Shown in pieces: positions 1 through 9,735 of a stretch of DNA of 64,000 nt. The notes beneath the pieces were generated by a model, which saw nothing but the letters and a program-made list of their open reading frames with translations, was not told the DNA's origin and ran no database searches. The stretch spans positions 576,001 through 640,000 of the forward strand of contig CAVPQB010000004.1 in NCBI GenBank assembly GCA_963707505.1, in the 5' to 3' direction. Origin of the DNA: an uncultured Gemmatimonadales bacterium. Its GTDB lineage: Bacteria; Gemmatimonadota; Gemmatimonadetes; Gemmatimonadales; Gemmatimonadaceae. Within the stretch, counting starts at the first letter, position 1. The number at the start of each line of letters is the position of its first letter. The position numbers and the translations under genes were made by a program.

Positions 1-1272
1 TCGATCGCGGGGTTGTTGGCAGTCGCTGTAGTATCAGCGACGTTCGTTGCCTGCAACTCGATCAATGACGCGCTGCATGTCACCGCGCCGGACAAGATCG
101 ACGCGAAGTCCTTGCAGGATCCGGCATTCGCGACGCTGCTTGTGAACAGCACGGTTGGAGATTTCGAGTGCGGCTACGGTGCGTTCGTCGCCGTGGGCGG
201 GCTCCTGAGTGATGAGCTTGTCGACGTATCGATCACGGCTTCGCGCTGGCCGTACGACCGGCGCGACGTGCAGACAAGCGACGGTGCATACTCGACGAAC
301 ACGTGCGATAACTTCACGCCCGGCGTTTACACGCCGATATCCACCGCCCGTTACACGGCCGACACCGTATCTGCGCTGTTGAAGACATGGACAGATCAAC
401 AGGTGCCGGGGCGGCAGGATCTGTTGGCGAAGGCGCTCATTTACGCCGGCTATGATCGGATCATGCTTGGCGAGCTGTTCTGCAGCGCGGCAATCGATCG
501 CGGACCGGAGATGACGTCGCAGCAGATATTTGCGCAGGCCGAGCAAAAATTCACCGACGGACTCGCCGCGGCGCAGGCAGCGAGCGATCCTACGCTGATC
601 TCTCTGGCGTACATGGGTCGTGCGCGAGCGCGGCTGGACCAGGCGAATCTGACTGGCGCAGATGCCGATGCCAAGCAAGTGCCGCCAGGATTCGTTTACA
701 ATGCAACTACTGATCTCACCAACAGCATCCGAACGAATCGTGTATACGACCAGTTCAACGGGAAAGCCGCATCGGTGACACCGCAGTTCATTGGTCTGAC
801 GGTTCCGACGGCGAGCGGAGGTACGGTGCCTGATACCCGCATCGCCGATTCTGCAACGGGAAAGAATGGGGCGGACAATCATACGCCGTTGATCGTGAGC
901 AACAAGTATCGCACCGGCGATACGCCGATTCGGATCGGTAGCTATGAGGAAGCGCAACTGATCATTGCCGAAGCGGAAGGCGGGCAGGTCGCAGTCAACA
1001 TCATCAACAAGCTTCGGATTGCCGCCGGGCTGCCTGGCGCATTCCAGAGCACAGATGCAACGGTGATCAAGAACCAGGTGATCGCTGAACGGTCCCGCGA
1101 GCTATTCCTGCAGGGAACGCGCGCGTACGATATTCGACGGCTGGGCCTGCCGCAGGTTCCGGCCGCTGGGGTGGCGTACCTGCATGGCGGAACATACGGC
1201 ACTGAGGCGTGCCTGCCGCTGCCGGATGTCGAGCGGAATAACAACCCGAACATCAACAAAACCGGAGCCTGA
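1..1272 (+). CDS. RagB/SusD-family outer-membrane nutrient-binding lipoprotein (5' end probably outside window)
   Basis: Frame is open from position 1. Lipobox FVAC. SusD-like motifs: RARARL, YEEAQLIIAEA, INKLR..AGL, ERSRELFLQGTRAYDIRR, LPLPDVE..NNPN. Confidence 0.85.
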   Translation, partial: SIAGLLAVAVVSATFVACNSINDALHVTAPDKIDAKSLQDPAFATLLVNSTVGDFECGYGAFVAVGGLLSDELVDVSITASRWPYDRRDVQTSDGAYSTNTCDNFTPGVYTPISTARYTADTVSALLKTWTDQQVPGRQDLLAKALIYAGYDRIMLGELFCSAAIDRGPEMTSQQIFAQAEQKFTDGLAAAQAASDPTLISLAYMGRARARLDQANLTGADADAKQVPPGFVYNATTDLTNSIRTNRVYDQFNGKAASVTPQFIGLTVPTASGGTVPDTRIADSATGKNGADNHTPLIVSNKYRTGDTPIRIGSYEEAQLIIAEAEGGQVAVNIINKLRIAAGLPGAFQSTDATVIKNQVIAERSRELFLQGTRAYDIRRLGLPQVPAAGVAYLHGGTYGTEACLPLPDVERNNNPNINKTGA

Positions 1273-1279
1273 CCTAATG

Positions 1280-1343
1280 CCCTTTCACCGGAGAAGGGAA
1301 CGGTTCCGAGGATGGACAAAGCGTCCCTTTCTCCGGTGAAGGG
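1280..1343. repeat. Long imperfect inverted repeat (REP-like hairpin)
   Basis: Arm ccctttcaccggagaagggaacg (1280-1302) pairs with cgtccctttctccggtgaaggg (1322-1343). Confidence 0.7.
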
Positions 1344-1370
1344 TCCATAACTGATCTGGACTGGCGTACG

Positions 1371-1404
1371 AGAGCCCCGCGAATCGGCTGATTCGCGGGG
1401 CTCT
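1371..1404 (+). terminator. Perfect 15-bp GC-rich hairpin, probable terminator after susD
   Basis: agagccccgcgaatc-ggct-gattcgcggggctct; no strong U-tract follows. Confidence 0.55.
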
Positions 1405-1556
1405 GGTGCATCTCGCCCGTGCGACGCATGTAACTCGGTTGCGGGGATAACGAGGCTCCCCGACCCCCGTCCACGCCCGTTACATTACGTCAGGTCCGTA
1501 CGGGGCTACGCAGTCGAAATACCTTCAATACCGATTCATCCAGGAGAATATCCGCG

Positions 1557-2309
1557 GTGAAAATTGCCGTGTGCATCAAGCGCGTCCCGGACATGGACGT
1601 TCGCTTCAAGATCGCCGCCATTGGAAACGCGGTGGACGAGGCCGGCCTCAAGTTCGACATGAACGACTTCGACTCCTGGGCAGTCGAGGCGGCTCTGCAG
1701 ATCAAGGACCGGGACGCCGCCACCGAAGTGGCCATTGTGTCGCTTGGGACCGACGCGGTTCAGGAGACGATCCGCAAGGCGCTCGCTATGGGTGCCGACC
1801 GCGGTGTCGAACTCAAGACCGACCACATTCCGTTCGACGGGCTGGCAATTGCGCGTGCGCTCGCAGCCGAGCTCAAGGACGGCGGTTATGATCTGATTCT
1901 GTTCGGTAAGCAGTCGGCGGATTCCTCCAACGGAGTCGTCGGTGCCATGGTTGGTGAGCTATTGGGGCTGCCCCTGGTTACGGCGATCTCCAAACTCGAA
2001 ATATCGGGACAGACGGGGTCTGCGAAGCGCGAGATCGAGGGTGGTCAGGAGTTCGTCGAGTTTCCACTGCCAGCAGTCTTGACGATCGATCAGGGACTGA
2101 ACACGGCGCGCTATCCGGCGCTCAAGGGGATCATGGCGGCAAAGAAGAAGCCGCTCGAAGTGAAGCCAGCGCAGCTGGGTGAGCAGACGGTCACAGTAAC
2201 GCAGATGGAGCTACCGCCGGAGCGTGCGCCTGGGCGCATCATTGGCGAAGGCGTCGCGGCCGTACCGGAGCTCGTGAGACTGCTTCAGACTGAAGCGAAG
2301 GTGCTATAA
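1557..2309 (+). CDS. etfB: Electron transfer flavoprotein beta subunit
   Basis: MKIAVCIKRVPD, ALAMGADRG, GKQSAD, RYPALKGIMAAKKKP; SD aggaga before GTG. Confidence 0.97.
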   Translation: MKIAVCIKRVPDMDVRFKIAAIGNAVDEAGLKFDMNDFDSWAVEAALQIKDRDAATEVAIVSLGTDAVQETIRKALAMGADRGVELKTDHIPFDGLAIARALAAELKDGGYDLILFGKQSADSSNGVVGAMVGELLGLPLVTAISKLEISGQTGSAKREIEGGQEFVEFPLPAVLTIDQGLNTARYPALKGIMAAKKKPLEVKPAQLGEQTVTVTQMELPPERAPGRIIGEGVAAVPELVRLLQTEAKVL

Positions 2310-2311
2310 TC

Positions 2312-3298
2312 ATGGCGAACGTATTTGCATTCGCGGAGACGCGTAACGGCGAGCTTCGCAAGATAGCCCTCGAAGCTGTAACCGCAGCTCGTTCCCTGGC
2401 TGACGCCACTGGCGGTCAGGTACATGCGTTCGTTGCTGGCGCGGCGGGTATCGAGAGCTGCGCAGCGCAACTCGCGAAGTACGGAGCGGACGAGGTCGTT
2501 GTCGCCGAGCATGCTGCTTTCGCGAAGTACAATCCAGAAGCGGTTGCAGCGATCGTCGCCGAGCGTGTGCGCACTGGCGGATATCGCGTCGTGATCTTCC
2601 CGACCTCTGCGCTCGGAAGCGATCTCGCGCCGCGTGTGGCGGCGAAGCTCGGCGCGGGACTCGTAACCGATGTTACGGGGATAAAGCTGGAGGGCGACGC
2701 GGTAATCGTGAAGCATCCGGTGAACATCGGCAAGGTGCTCGCGACGGTGAAGATTGCATCCAATCCCGCACTGGTGGCGATACGCGCGAACATGTTCACT
2801 CCAGTGGAGAATCCGCGCGCCGGAACGGTTCAGCATGTGGCACCGGTCGGTGATCCGGGTGCGTCGCGTGTGGTGGTGAAGGAAGTGAAGCTCGGTGGTG
2901 GCACCAAGCTGGATCTTGGCGAGGCGCCGGTGATCGTCAGCGGTGGCCGTGGACTCAAGGGGCCGGAGAATTTCCACCTGGTGGAAGAGCTTGCAGCCGC
3001 TTTTGGTAACGCTGCGGTCGGTGCGACGCGTGTCGTGACGGACGAGGGTTGGCGTCCACACAGCGATCAGATCGGGCAGACGGGGAGACTGGTAAGTCCG
3101 CAGCTGTACGTCGCGGTCGGAATATCGGGCGCTATCCAGCATCTTGCGGGAATGCGCACATCCAGGACGATCGTCGCGATCAACAAGGACAAGGAAGCAC
3201 CGATCTTCAAGATCGCCGATTACGGAATCGTCGGTGATCTCTTCGAGATCGTTCCCGCACTCACAGCCGCGGTCAGGGAGGCCAAGGCCCGCGGGTGA
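2312..3298 (+). CDS. etfA: Electron transfer flavoprotein alpha subunit
   Basis: [45 protein letters not shown]. Confidence 0.97.
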   Translation: MANVFAFAETRNGELRKIALEAVTAARSLADATGGQVHAFVAGAAGIESCAAQLAKYGADEVVVAEHAAFAKYNPEAVAAIVAERVRTGGYRVVIFPTSALGSDLAPRVAAKLGAGLVTDVTGIKLEGDAVIVKHPVNIGKVLATVKIASNPALVAIRANMFTPVENPRAGTVQHVAPVGDPGASRVVVKEVKLGGGTKLDLGEAPVIVSGGRGLKGPENFHLVEELAAAFGNAAVGATRVVTDEGWRPHSDQIGQTGRLVSPQLYVAVGISGAIQHLAGMRTSRTIVAINKDKEAPIFKIADYGIVGDLFEIVPALTAAVREAKARG

Positions 3299-3335
3299 GC
3301 TGTAACAAGCCGCACGCACTGAGGAGGCTCGCGCG

Positions 3336-5409
3336 ATGAGCATTGGACACGGCGTATTCATATTCGTGGTGGTGCTCGCGCTGGCGTTCTTTTCGTACAA
3401 CGCGCAGCGCCTCGTGCGGTACATGCGCACGGTCGGCGGCCCGGATGACCGTAGCGACAATCCTGTCACAAGAATCCGTAATCTCATCCTGATCGGTTTC
3501 GGGCAGACAAAGATCCTGCGCGATCCAGTCGCGGGCGCGCTGCACGCGTCGGTGTTCTGGGGCTTCGTGCGTGCTGACGATCGGCACCGCCGAGATAATA
3601 ATCAGCGGCCTGTTTCCCGGCTTCAGCTACGCGACGATCCTGCCCGCACCTCTCTACGCGCTGTACACACTGTCGCAGGAATTGTTTGCGCTGCTCGTGC
3701 TCGCGGCCGTTGCCGTGCTGCTGTATCGGCGCATAGTCGTCAAGCCGGCGCGGCTTCAGGGTGACAGGGTTCACTCGGGCGACGCGATCCTGATTCTATC
3801 CATGATCGGCGCGCTGATGGTGAGTCTGCTGTCGCTGGGTGCGTTCGAATTCGCGATGCATCCGGGCAGCGGCACGATCTTTCAACCGATCTCGCTTGCA
3901 CTGTCCCACGGACTGACCGGTCTGCCGATGTGGGGCCTGGAAGCCGGTCGCGCGACCAGCTGGTGGTTCCATGCGTTACTGATTCTGATCTTCCTGAATT
4001 ACCTGCCGTACTCCAAGCATCTTCACGTTCTCACATCGCTGCCTAACACCTACCTGTCCAATACGAGTGGACCCGGGGTGAAGGGAGCGATGAGCTACAT
4101 GGATCTGGAAGCTGAAGGTGTCGAGCAGTTCGGAGCATCGGACGTGACGCAGCTTGGATGGAAGAATCTGCTGGACAGCTATTCGTGTACGGAGTGTGGA
4201 CGCTGCACGGCTGCGTGTCCGGCGAACATCACGGGTAAGCTGTTGAGCCCGCGCAAGATCATGATCAACACGCGCCAGCGCCTGATGGAGCTTGCGCCGC
4301 TCGCGACGGGTGATTTTGGCGAATTCGAGCATCCGCATCTCGCCGCTGGAGAGGGCGGAGATGCAGGAGATACGACCGTCGCGGCCGCTCTGCAGAATAC
4401 GCTGCTGGACAACTACATCACGGAAGAGGAGCTGTGGGCGTGCACCAGCTGCCGTGCGTGCGTGCAGGAGTGCCCGGTATCGATCGATCAGCTCGACATC
4501 ATCAACGAGCTTCGGCGGAACCTGGTGTTGATGGAATCGCGTTTTCCGCCGGAAATCCAGCCGGCGTTCGAGTCACTGGAGCGCAACGGATCGCCATGGG
4601 CGTTCAATCCGGGCGACAGAGGCAAGTGGGCGGAAGGAATGGATATTCCGACCATGGCGGAAATGATAGAGCGCGGCGAGCGTCCGGAAGTGTTGTTCTG
4701 GGTCGGATGCATGGGGTCGTTCGACGATCGTGCGAAGAAGATCGCGGTTGCATTTGCGCGAGTGCTTCAGGCGGCACACGTGCGCTTCGCGATTCTCGGT
4801 CAGGAAGAGAAGTGCAACGGTGATCCGGCGCGCCGCATGGGTAACGAATATCTGTACCAGATGCTGGCGCGTGACAACATCGAAACACTGGACCGCTACG
4901 GCGTCGAGACGATCGTTACGAACTGTCCTCACTGCTTCCATCAGATCGGCAACGAGTATCCACAGCTTGGTGGCAATTATGAAGTCATCCACCACTCGAC
5001 GTACATCGAGAAGCTGCTGGAGGAGAATCGTCTTCCGCTCAACGGCGAGGGCAAGCAGCTAACCGTTGCATATCACGATTCCTGCTACCTCGGCCGCTAC
5101 AACGACGTGTACGAGGCACCGCGAGAAACGCTGCGACGGTCGCTGCCGATGATGACACTTGTGGAGCCGCCGCGCACGCGTAGCAAGGGACTTTGCTGCG
5201 GAGCAGGTGGTGGACGTATGTGGATGGAAGAGACCGTCGGAAAGCGCATCAACGCCGAGCGCACAGAAGAACTTCTCGCGACCGGTGCAGACGTGCTCGC
5301 GGTGGCGTGTCCCTTCTGCATGACCATGATCGGCGATGGCGTGAAGGGCCAGAATTCCGACGTCCCGGTGTACGACATCTCCGAGGTTGTTGCCCAGCAA
5401 CTGGTGTAA
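3336..5409 (+). pseudogene. FadF/EtfD-like membrane (Fe-S) oxidoreductase (TM domain + 2x[4Fe-4S] + two CCG domains), split by a +1 frameshift at ~3567-3570
   Basis: ORF 3336 reads ...HASVFWGF and continues in another frame as VLTIGTAE (3571). Motifs CTECGRCTAACP, CTSCRACVQECP, WVGC, EKCNG, NCPHC, YHDSCYLGR, LCCGAGGG, ACPFC. May be an intact gene with a sequencing indel. Confidence 0.85.
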
Positions 5410-5414
5410 AACAA

Positions 5415-5446
5415 CGCGTTACCTTCGCGTTACCTTCGCGTTACCT
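5415..5446. repeat. 11-bp tandem repeat x3 (cgcgttacctt)
   Basis: Copies at 5415, 5426 and 5437, spanning the stop codon of the methyltransferase. Confidence 0.85.
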
Positions 5447-6110
5447 CATAGACAGTAATAGTCTGCCGCACATCGCCGGCCTGATACGGCCGTGTGGCGC
5501 TGGTCCGTATCGCAAGTCCGAGCTCCATGCAGGCGTCGGCAAACGCATTCGCGGCTACGCGGCCAGGGTCGGCCAGGTAGGCGACGCCACGCGCGGCCAA
5601 CAACCGGTCGACCACACTCGCGACGAGTGGTGCGTAGCGCGATTCGTAAAGCACGTCGGAAGCGAGCACGAAATCGAAGCGCGCGACGTGGGGCGGCACA
5701 TCGCGCCAGTCAATGAGAGCCGTATCGATCTCCCGGCCAAGATTGCGAAACGCATTCGCGCGCGCGAATGCCAGCGCGTCGTCGTAATAATCGCTCGCGG
5801 TGATTTCGTGGCCGGCGATCGCCGCGGCGATGCTCACAAGTCCGACGCCTGCGCCAATCTCGATGGCGCGGCCACGTAGTCTCTTGTCAGCGACGATGAA
5901 ATTGGCCAGGATGGTAGATGATGGCCACAGCTCGGCCCAGTACGGCAGTCGCTCATCCCGATCGAAATCGCTCTCGCTGATGAGGTCCTCCGCACTGCGC
6001 GGCCGCAGGATGTTGATGTCCGTGCCGCCTACCCGGACGTCGTCGTTGACGGTCACGAAGCGCCGCTCGAGATCGGCGACGAGCTCGGCCCCGGCCAGCA
6101 GGTGGGTCAC
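5430..6110 (-). CDS. Class I SAM-dependent methyltransferase, Methyltransf_16 (protein-lysine MTase-like)
   Basis: LPYWAELWPSS, AIEIGAGVGL, ASDY, IDWR, DFVLASDVLY. GTG at 6110 overlaps the moeA TGA (GTGA). Confidence 0.85.
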   Translation of the reverse strand: MTHLLAGAELVADLERRFVTVNDDVRVGGTDINILRPRSAEDLISESDFDRDERLPYWAELWPSSTILANFIVADKRLRGRAIEIGAGVGLVSIAAAIAGHEITASDYYDDALAFARANAFRNLGREIDTALIDWRDVPPHVARFDFVLASDVLYESRYAPLVASVVDRLLAARGVAYLADPGRVAANAFADACMELGLAIRTSATRPYQAGDVRQTITVYEVTRR

Positions 6111-7354
6111 GCGGGAAAAATTGCGGACCGAAACACCGAACCGCGCAGCGGCATGGCGCGGAATTGCTCGCCTGGGTGACACTCGCGCTGACCCTCCGGA
6201 ACTATCAACAGCGCGTTGGCGCGCAGCATCGAAGTCAACGCTCCGGAGCTCTGTGTACCCGTGAGCCGCGCGTGATCCACACCGTCGCACTGGGTTACGA
6301 CTACGCGCAGATAGTGTGTCAGGTCGGCGGTGAGTGAGATGGGCTCATCGAGTGTCACCATCCGCGTTGCTGGAAAGATCAACGTCTCGCCAAGCATCTT
6401 GAGAATCGCCGGCCGCACGAAAAGCTCGAACGTAACCATTGCAGACACGGGATTCCCAGGCAGCCCGATCCAGGGACGGCCATCGATGATACCGAAGACT
6501 ACAGGGCCACCCGGCCGGATGCGTGCGCGCCAGAACTTGATATCGACACCCATATCCTTCATGACGGTGCGTGTGAAGTCATGATCACCGACGGAAACGC
6601 CGCCACTAGTGATCAACAGATCGCACGCCATTGCGCCCTCGATCGCGTTGCGCAATGCAAGCGGATCATCGCGCGTGATGCCGCCATCGCGGGGTCTGCC
6701 GCCGGATTCGCGCACCATGGCGGGAAGGGAATAGCTGTTGGATGATACAATGCGGTTGCCGCTCATCACCGCGTCGAAACCGTCGACGCGAACCAGCTCG
6801 TCGCCTGACGAAACGATCGATACTGTAGGCTGGCGATACGTCGCAACAGTCGCGATGCCGGAGGACGCGAGGACGCCAATCGCAGCGGGGCTCACATATT
6901 CGCCCGCGGCGAGAATCACATCTCCCTTGAGGAAATCCTCGCCGAGTGGACGCACGTTGCGTCCCGCATCGCGCGAATTGCGAATCTCGACGAGCTCCGA
7001 TCCCGCATCGGTGTCTTCGACGCGCACAACGGTGTCGGCGCCCGGCGGAACGGGGGCACCGGTCATGATCTTGACGGCCTCGCCACTCCTGATTGACGCG
7101 TGCGACTCATTGCCAGCGGCAACCTCACCGATGACGCGCAACGTGCACGGTACGCGGGTGATGTCGCTCGCCATCACAGCATATCCGTCCATCGACGACG
7201 CGCGCCAGGGAGGAATGCTGGCGCGTGCGGCGACGGGTTCGGCGAGCACGGCGCCGAGCGCGGATGAGAGCGGAACGCCCTCGACCGGCATACGCTCGAC
7301 GGACGCCAGAATCTCTTCCGATGCCTCGGCGGCGCTGACTGCTCCCCGGCTCAA
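6107..7354 (-). CDS. moeA: Molybdopterin molybdenumtransferase MoeA
   Basis: SSMDGYAV, IMTGAPVPPGADTVVRVED, SSGDEL, TSGGVSVGDHDF, GLPGNPVSA, QSSGALTSM..AN. Confidence 0.95.
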   Translation of the reverse strand: MSRGAVSAAEASEEILASVERMPVEGVPLSSALGAVLAEPVAARASIPPWRASSMDGYAVMASDITRVPCTLRVIGEVAAGNESHASIRSGEAVKIMTGAPVPPGADTVVRVEDTDAGSELVEIRNSRDAGRNVRPLGEDFLKGDVILAAGEYVSPAAIGVLASSGIATVATYRQPTVSIVSSGDELVRVDGFDAVMSGNRIVSSNSYSLPAMVRESGGRPRDGGITRDDPLALRNAIEGAMACDLLITSGGVSVGDHDFTRTVMKDMGVDIKFWRARIRPGGPVVFGIIDGRPWIGLPGNPVSAMVTFELFVRPAILKMLGETLIFPATRMVTLDEPISLTADLTHYLRVVVTQCDGVDHARLTGTQSSGALTSMLRANALLIVPEGQRECHPGEQFRAMPLRGSVFRSAIFPA

Positions 7355-7361
7355 CTGGGAC

Positions 7362-8732
7362 TCACCTGTGGTACGACGCCAGCGCCGCCGCGATCGAGTC
7401 GGCCGTCATTGTTACCGCAGACGCTGGTGTAGTCCACTTGTTGGCGAGCACGCTGAATATGAGCCGCTCGCCATCGGCGTCGGTTACGTAGCCGGAGAGC
7501 GAGCGGACCCAGTGCAGGGAGCCGGTCTTTGCGTGTACGTTGTTCGCGGCAGGTGTTCCGACCATGCGGTGCGCGATCGTGCCGTCGACTCCGGCGATCG
7601 GAAGCGCGTTGTAGAACGTTGCAAAGTTGGGGTTGGCCTGCATTCGATCGAATATTCGCACGATCGTTTCTGGAGAAATGAGATCGGCGCGGGCCATTCC
7701 GCTTCCGTCGTGCAGCTGGTAGCCGTCGGGCGGGATTCCCCATGCGGAGAGTTGTCGGCCCGCAACGGCGATTCCGCTGTCTGCGATACCAACGCCCGTC
7801 CGCTCGAGGCCGAGCGTGCGCATGAGGACCTCGCCCATCTGGTTCTGCGATGGCTTGAGGAAGTACGGAAGAATCTGACTCAGCGGGACAGACTGGACGA
7901 CGAACAGAGTGTCGAGCGGCACTGCATCGCGCGGCACGACGCTTTCCCCGACGCCGAGCATCGTGTGCACGCCGCGCCTTTCGAGTGCAAGTTGCAGCTC
8001 GCGCAGATAGTCCTGCGTGGGAACTGCTGCAGGCGCCGACTTCACGGTGCTGTCACCCCCGGGCCCGTGCACGACCACGCGTGCCATTCCTTCGTTGAAG
8101 AGCAACTCGTCGACGCCGGCTCCGTCGGAAGAATCGAGATCATCCCAATCCCAGCCTGCGCCGACTGCGGGGCCAGGGAAGTTATCGGCACCCGAGTAGA
8201 TGTGGCCGGTGATCTCGCGAATACCATGCGCGACGATCGAATCCGCGAGCGTGTCCATGGCTGCACGCGCGTTACCGCGCATGTGGTTGCTCAGCGTCGG
8301 ATCACCGCGGCCGGTCACTACGAGATCGCCATTCAGGACGCCGTTGGCGAGCGTGCCGTGTGTCGCGAACGTCGTGGAGAAACGAAAGTCGGGGCCAAGC
8401 TGTGTGAGAGCGACAGACGAGGTGATGATCTTCATGTTTGATGCGGGAACCATGAGCAGCGCCGGGTCGTGCGCGTAGATGGTGTCACCACTCTGCGGAT
8501 TCACGACGAGAATTGCCCATTCGGCGGTTCGGAAAATCGGATTCCCGATCCACGTGTTGATTCGCGATCGAAGCGCGGCGGCCCCATGTGCCGTCGCAGG
8601 TGTTGCGCTGGTGCGGGCCGCCGGTGCACACGCAGATACCGCGGCGAGTGAAATTGGCGCCAGCCACGCTGCAATCGCGCGCATGCGAACACGCGCCGGC
8701 TTTGCGATCAGCACGTCGTCAATCCGCTGCAT
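7362..8732 (-). CDS. dacB: D-alanyl-D-alanine carboxypeptidase/endopeptidase (PBP4, peptidase S13), lipoprotein; start uncertain (8732 or 8684)
   Basis: SxxK (PASNMK), GRGDPTL, SxN (PSQN), DGSG, KTG (AKTGSL), LSGYV; lipobox VSAC. Confidence 0.9.
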   Translation of the reverse strand: MQRIDDVLIAKPARVRMRAIAAWLAPISLAAVSACAPAARTSATPATAHGAAALRSRINTWIGNPIFRTAEWAILVVNPQSGDTIYAHDPALLMVPASNMKIITSSVALTQLGPDFRFSTTFATHGTLANGVLNGDLVVTGRGDPTLSNHMRGNARAAMDTLADSIVAHGIREITGHIYSGADNFPGPAVGAGWDWDDLDSSDGAGVDELLFNEGMARVVVHGPGGDSTVKSAPAAVPTQDYLRELQLALERRGVHTMLGVGESVVPRDAVPLDTLFVVQSVPLSQILPYFLKPSQNQMGEVLMRTLGLERTGVGIADSGIAVAGRQLSAWGIPPDGYQLHDGSGMARADLISPETIVRIFDRMQANPNFATFYNALPIAGVDGTIAHRMVGTPAANNVHAKTGSLHWVRSLSGYVTDADGERLIFSVLANKWTTPASAVTMTADSIAAALASYHR

Positions 8733-9141
8733 ATGTCGCCGACAACGTGTCGTCCTCAGCGATGGTGACCGAAACGACGCGTGCATCGGTATTCAACGAA
8801 TTCTGCACGCGATCGAGAATGAAGCGTGCGAGATTCTCGCCGGATGGAATCAGTCGTCCGTCGGCGAACTCGGAGATGTCCACGTTGATGTTGCGATGGT
8901 CGAATCTCTGGAGAATCTCGCGCCGAAGAATGGCGTCGAGTTTTCCGAGATCCACGATAAATCCGGTGAGTGGGTCGATTTCGCCGGCAACTGTGACGTC
9001 ACAGATGTAGCTGTGACCGTGATAGCTGGGCCACGCGCAGGCACCGAAAGTCGCTTCGTTTCGCGCGTCGTCCCATTCGGGGCGGCGGTACCGATGTGCC
9101 GCGGCAAACTTCACGCGGCGTGTCAGGGTGCAAGTAGGCAT
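8719..9141 (-). CDS. queD: 6-carboxytetrahydropterin/6-pyruvoyl-tetrahydropterin synthase
   Basis: FAAAHR, FGAC..YHGHSY, DHRNIN, PSGENLA. Confidence 0.88.
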   Translation of the reverse strand: MPTCTLTRRVKFAAAHRYRRPEWDDARNEATFGACAWPSYHGHSYICDVTVAGEIDPLTGFIVDLGKLDAILRREILQRFDHRNINVDISEFADGRLIPSGENLARFILDRVQNSLNTDARVVSVTIAEDDTLSATYAAD

Positions 9142-9170
9142 ACGCCATCAAATTTGCACTCTGTGCGTGA

Positions 9171-9689
9171 TTAAAACGAATCCAGATTCGCGTCGCGCGG
9201 TGGGAAGCCTGCTTCGTCTGTGCCTTCCGGCGTCGGGCTCTCAGGCGGTATCCACGGGATACCGTCCTCGATTGCTTCCGTTCTATCCACGGTTCCGAGC
9301 ATCTCGTCCTCGGCATGCTCCGCCAGGTGGTCGGTACTGTCGGTATGGGAGCGAGGACCGTCGCCGAGCAGCAGGCCTTCGTGCGCCTCCTCATCGTTGA
9401 TGTTCTCGTCAGCCGCCTCCGGACTCGTGGCGCGGCGGATCGGGTCCACAACGAGCTGGCTTTCAATGTTGGTCAGTCCTATCCGGTCGCCGACCACACG
9501 CTCGGCGATCCGCTTCTCTGTATCGGTCCCGACGCGGCCGGCGAGGATGACCTTGCCGTGACGGACATGGACCGTGATGTCCAACGGATCGATGGATCGA
9601 TTGTCCCGGAGAGTCTCGCGCACGAGGCGCCTGAGCTCTTCCGGGTCCATGTCTTCCGTGTCAAAAATGTCTTCGAAATCGCGTGGCAT
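9171..9689 (-). CDS. BON-domain protein with acidic C-terminal tail
   Basis: ITVHVRHGKVILAGRV...AERVV..IG..NIESQLVV BON pattern; SD aggagg. Confidence 0.75.
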   Translation of the reverse strand: MPRDFEDIFDTEDMDPEELRRLVRETLRDNRSIDPLDITVHVRHGKVILAGRVGTDTEKRIAERVVGDRIGLTNIESQLVVDPIRRATSPEAADENINDEEAHEGLLLGDGPRSHTDSTDHLAEHAEDEMLGTVDRTEAIEDGIPWIPPESPTPEGTDEAGFPPRDANLDSF

Positions 9690-9735
9690 TGTGAGCCTCC
9701 TGAAAGCTCACCGTGCAAGGCGGATGCCCGCGACT

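Noticed and set aside
3555..3585. Programmed ribosomal frameshifting in the fadF-like gene (and in purD)
   Set aside because: No slippery heptamer or stimulatory signal seen, and these families are not known to be recoded; indels are simpler.
6738..8441. 567-aa + strand ORF and other long antisense ORFs (e.g. 2285-3487, 16634-17779, 19288-20541, 38436-39638, 59318-60337)
   Set aside because: They shadow well-supported genes on the opposite strand, show no recognisable motifs, and are expected in GC-rich DNA.
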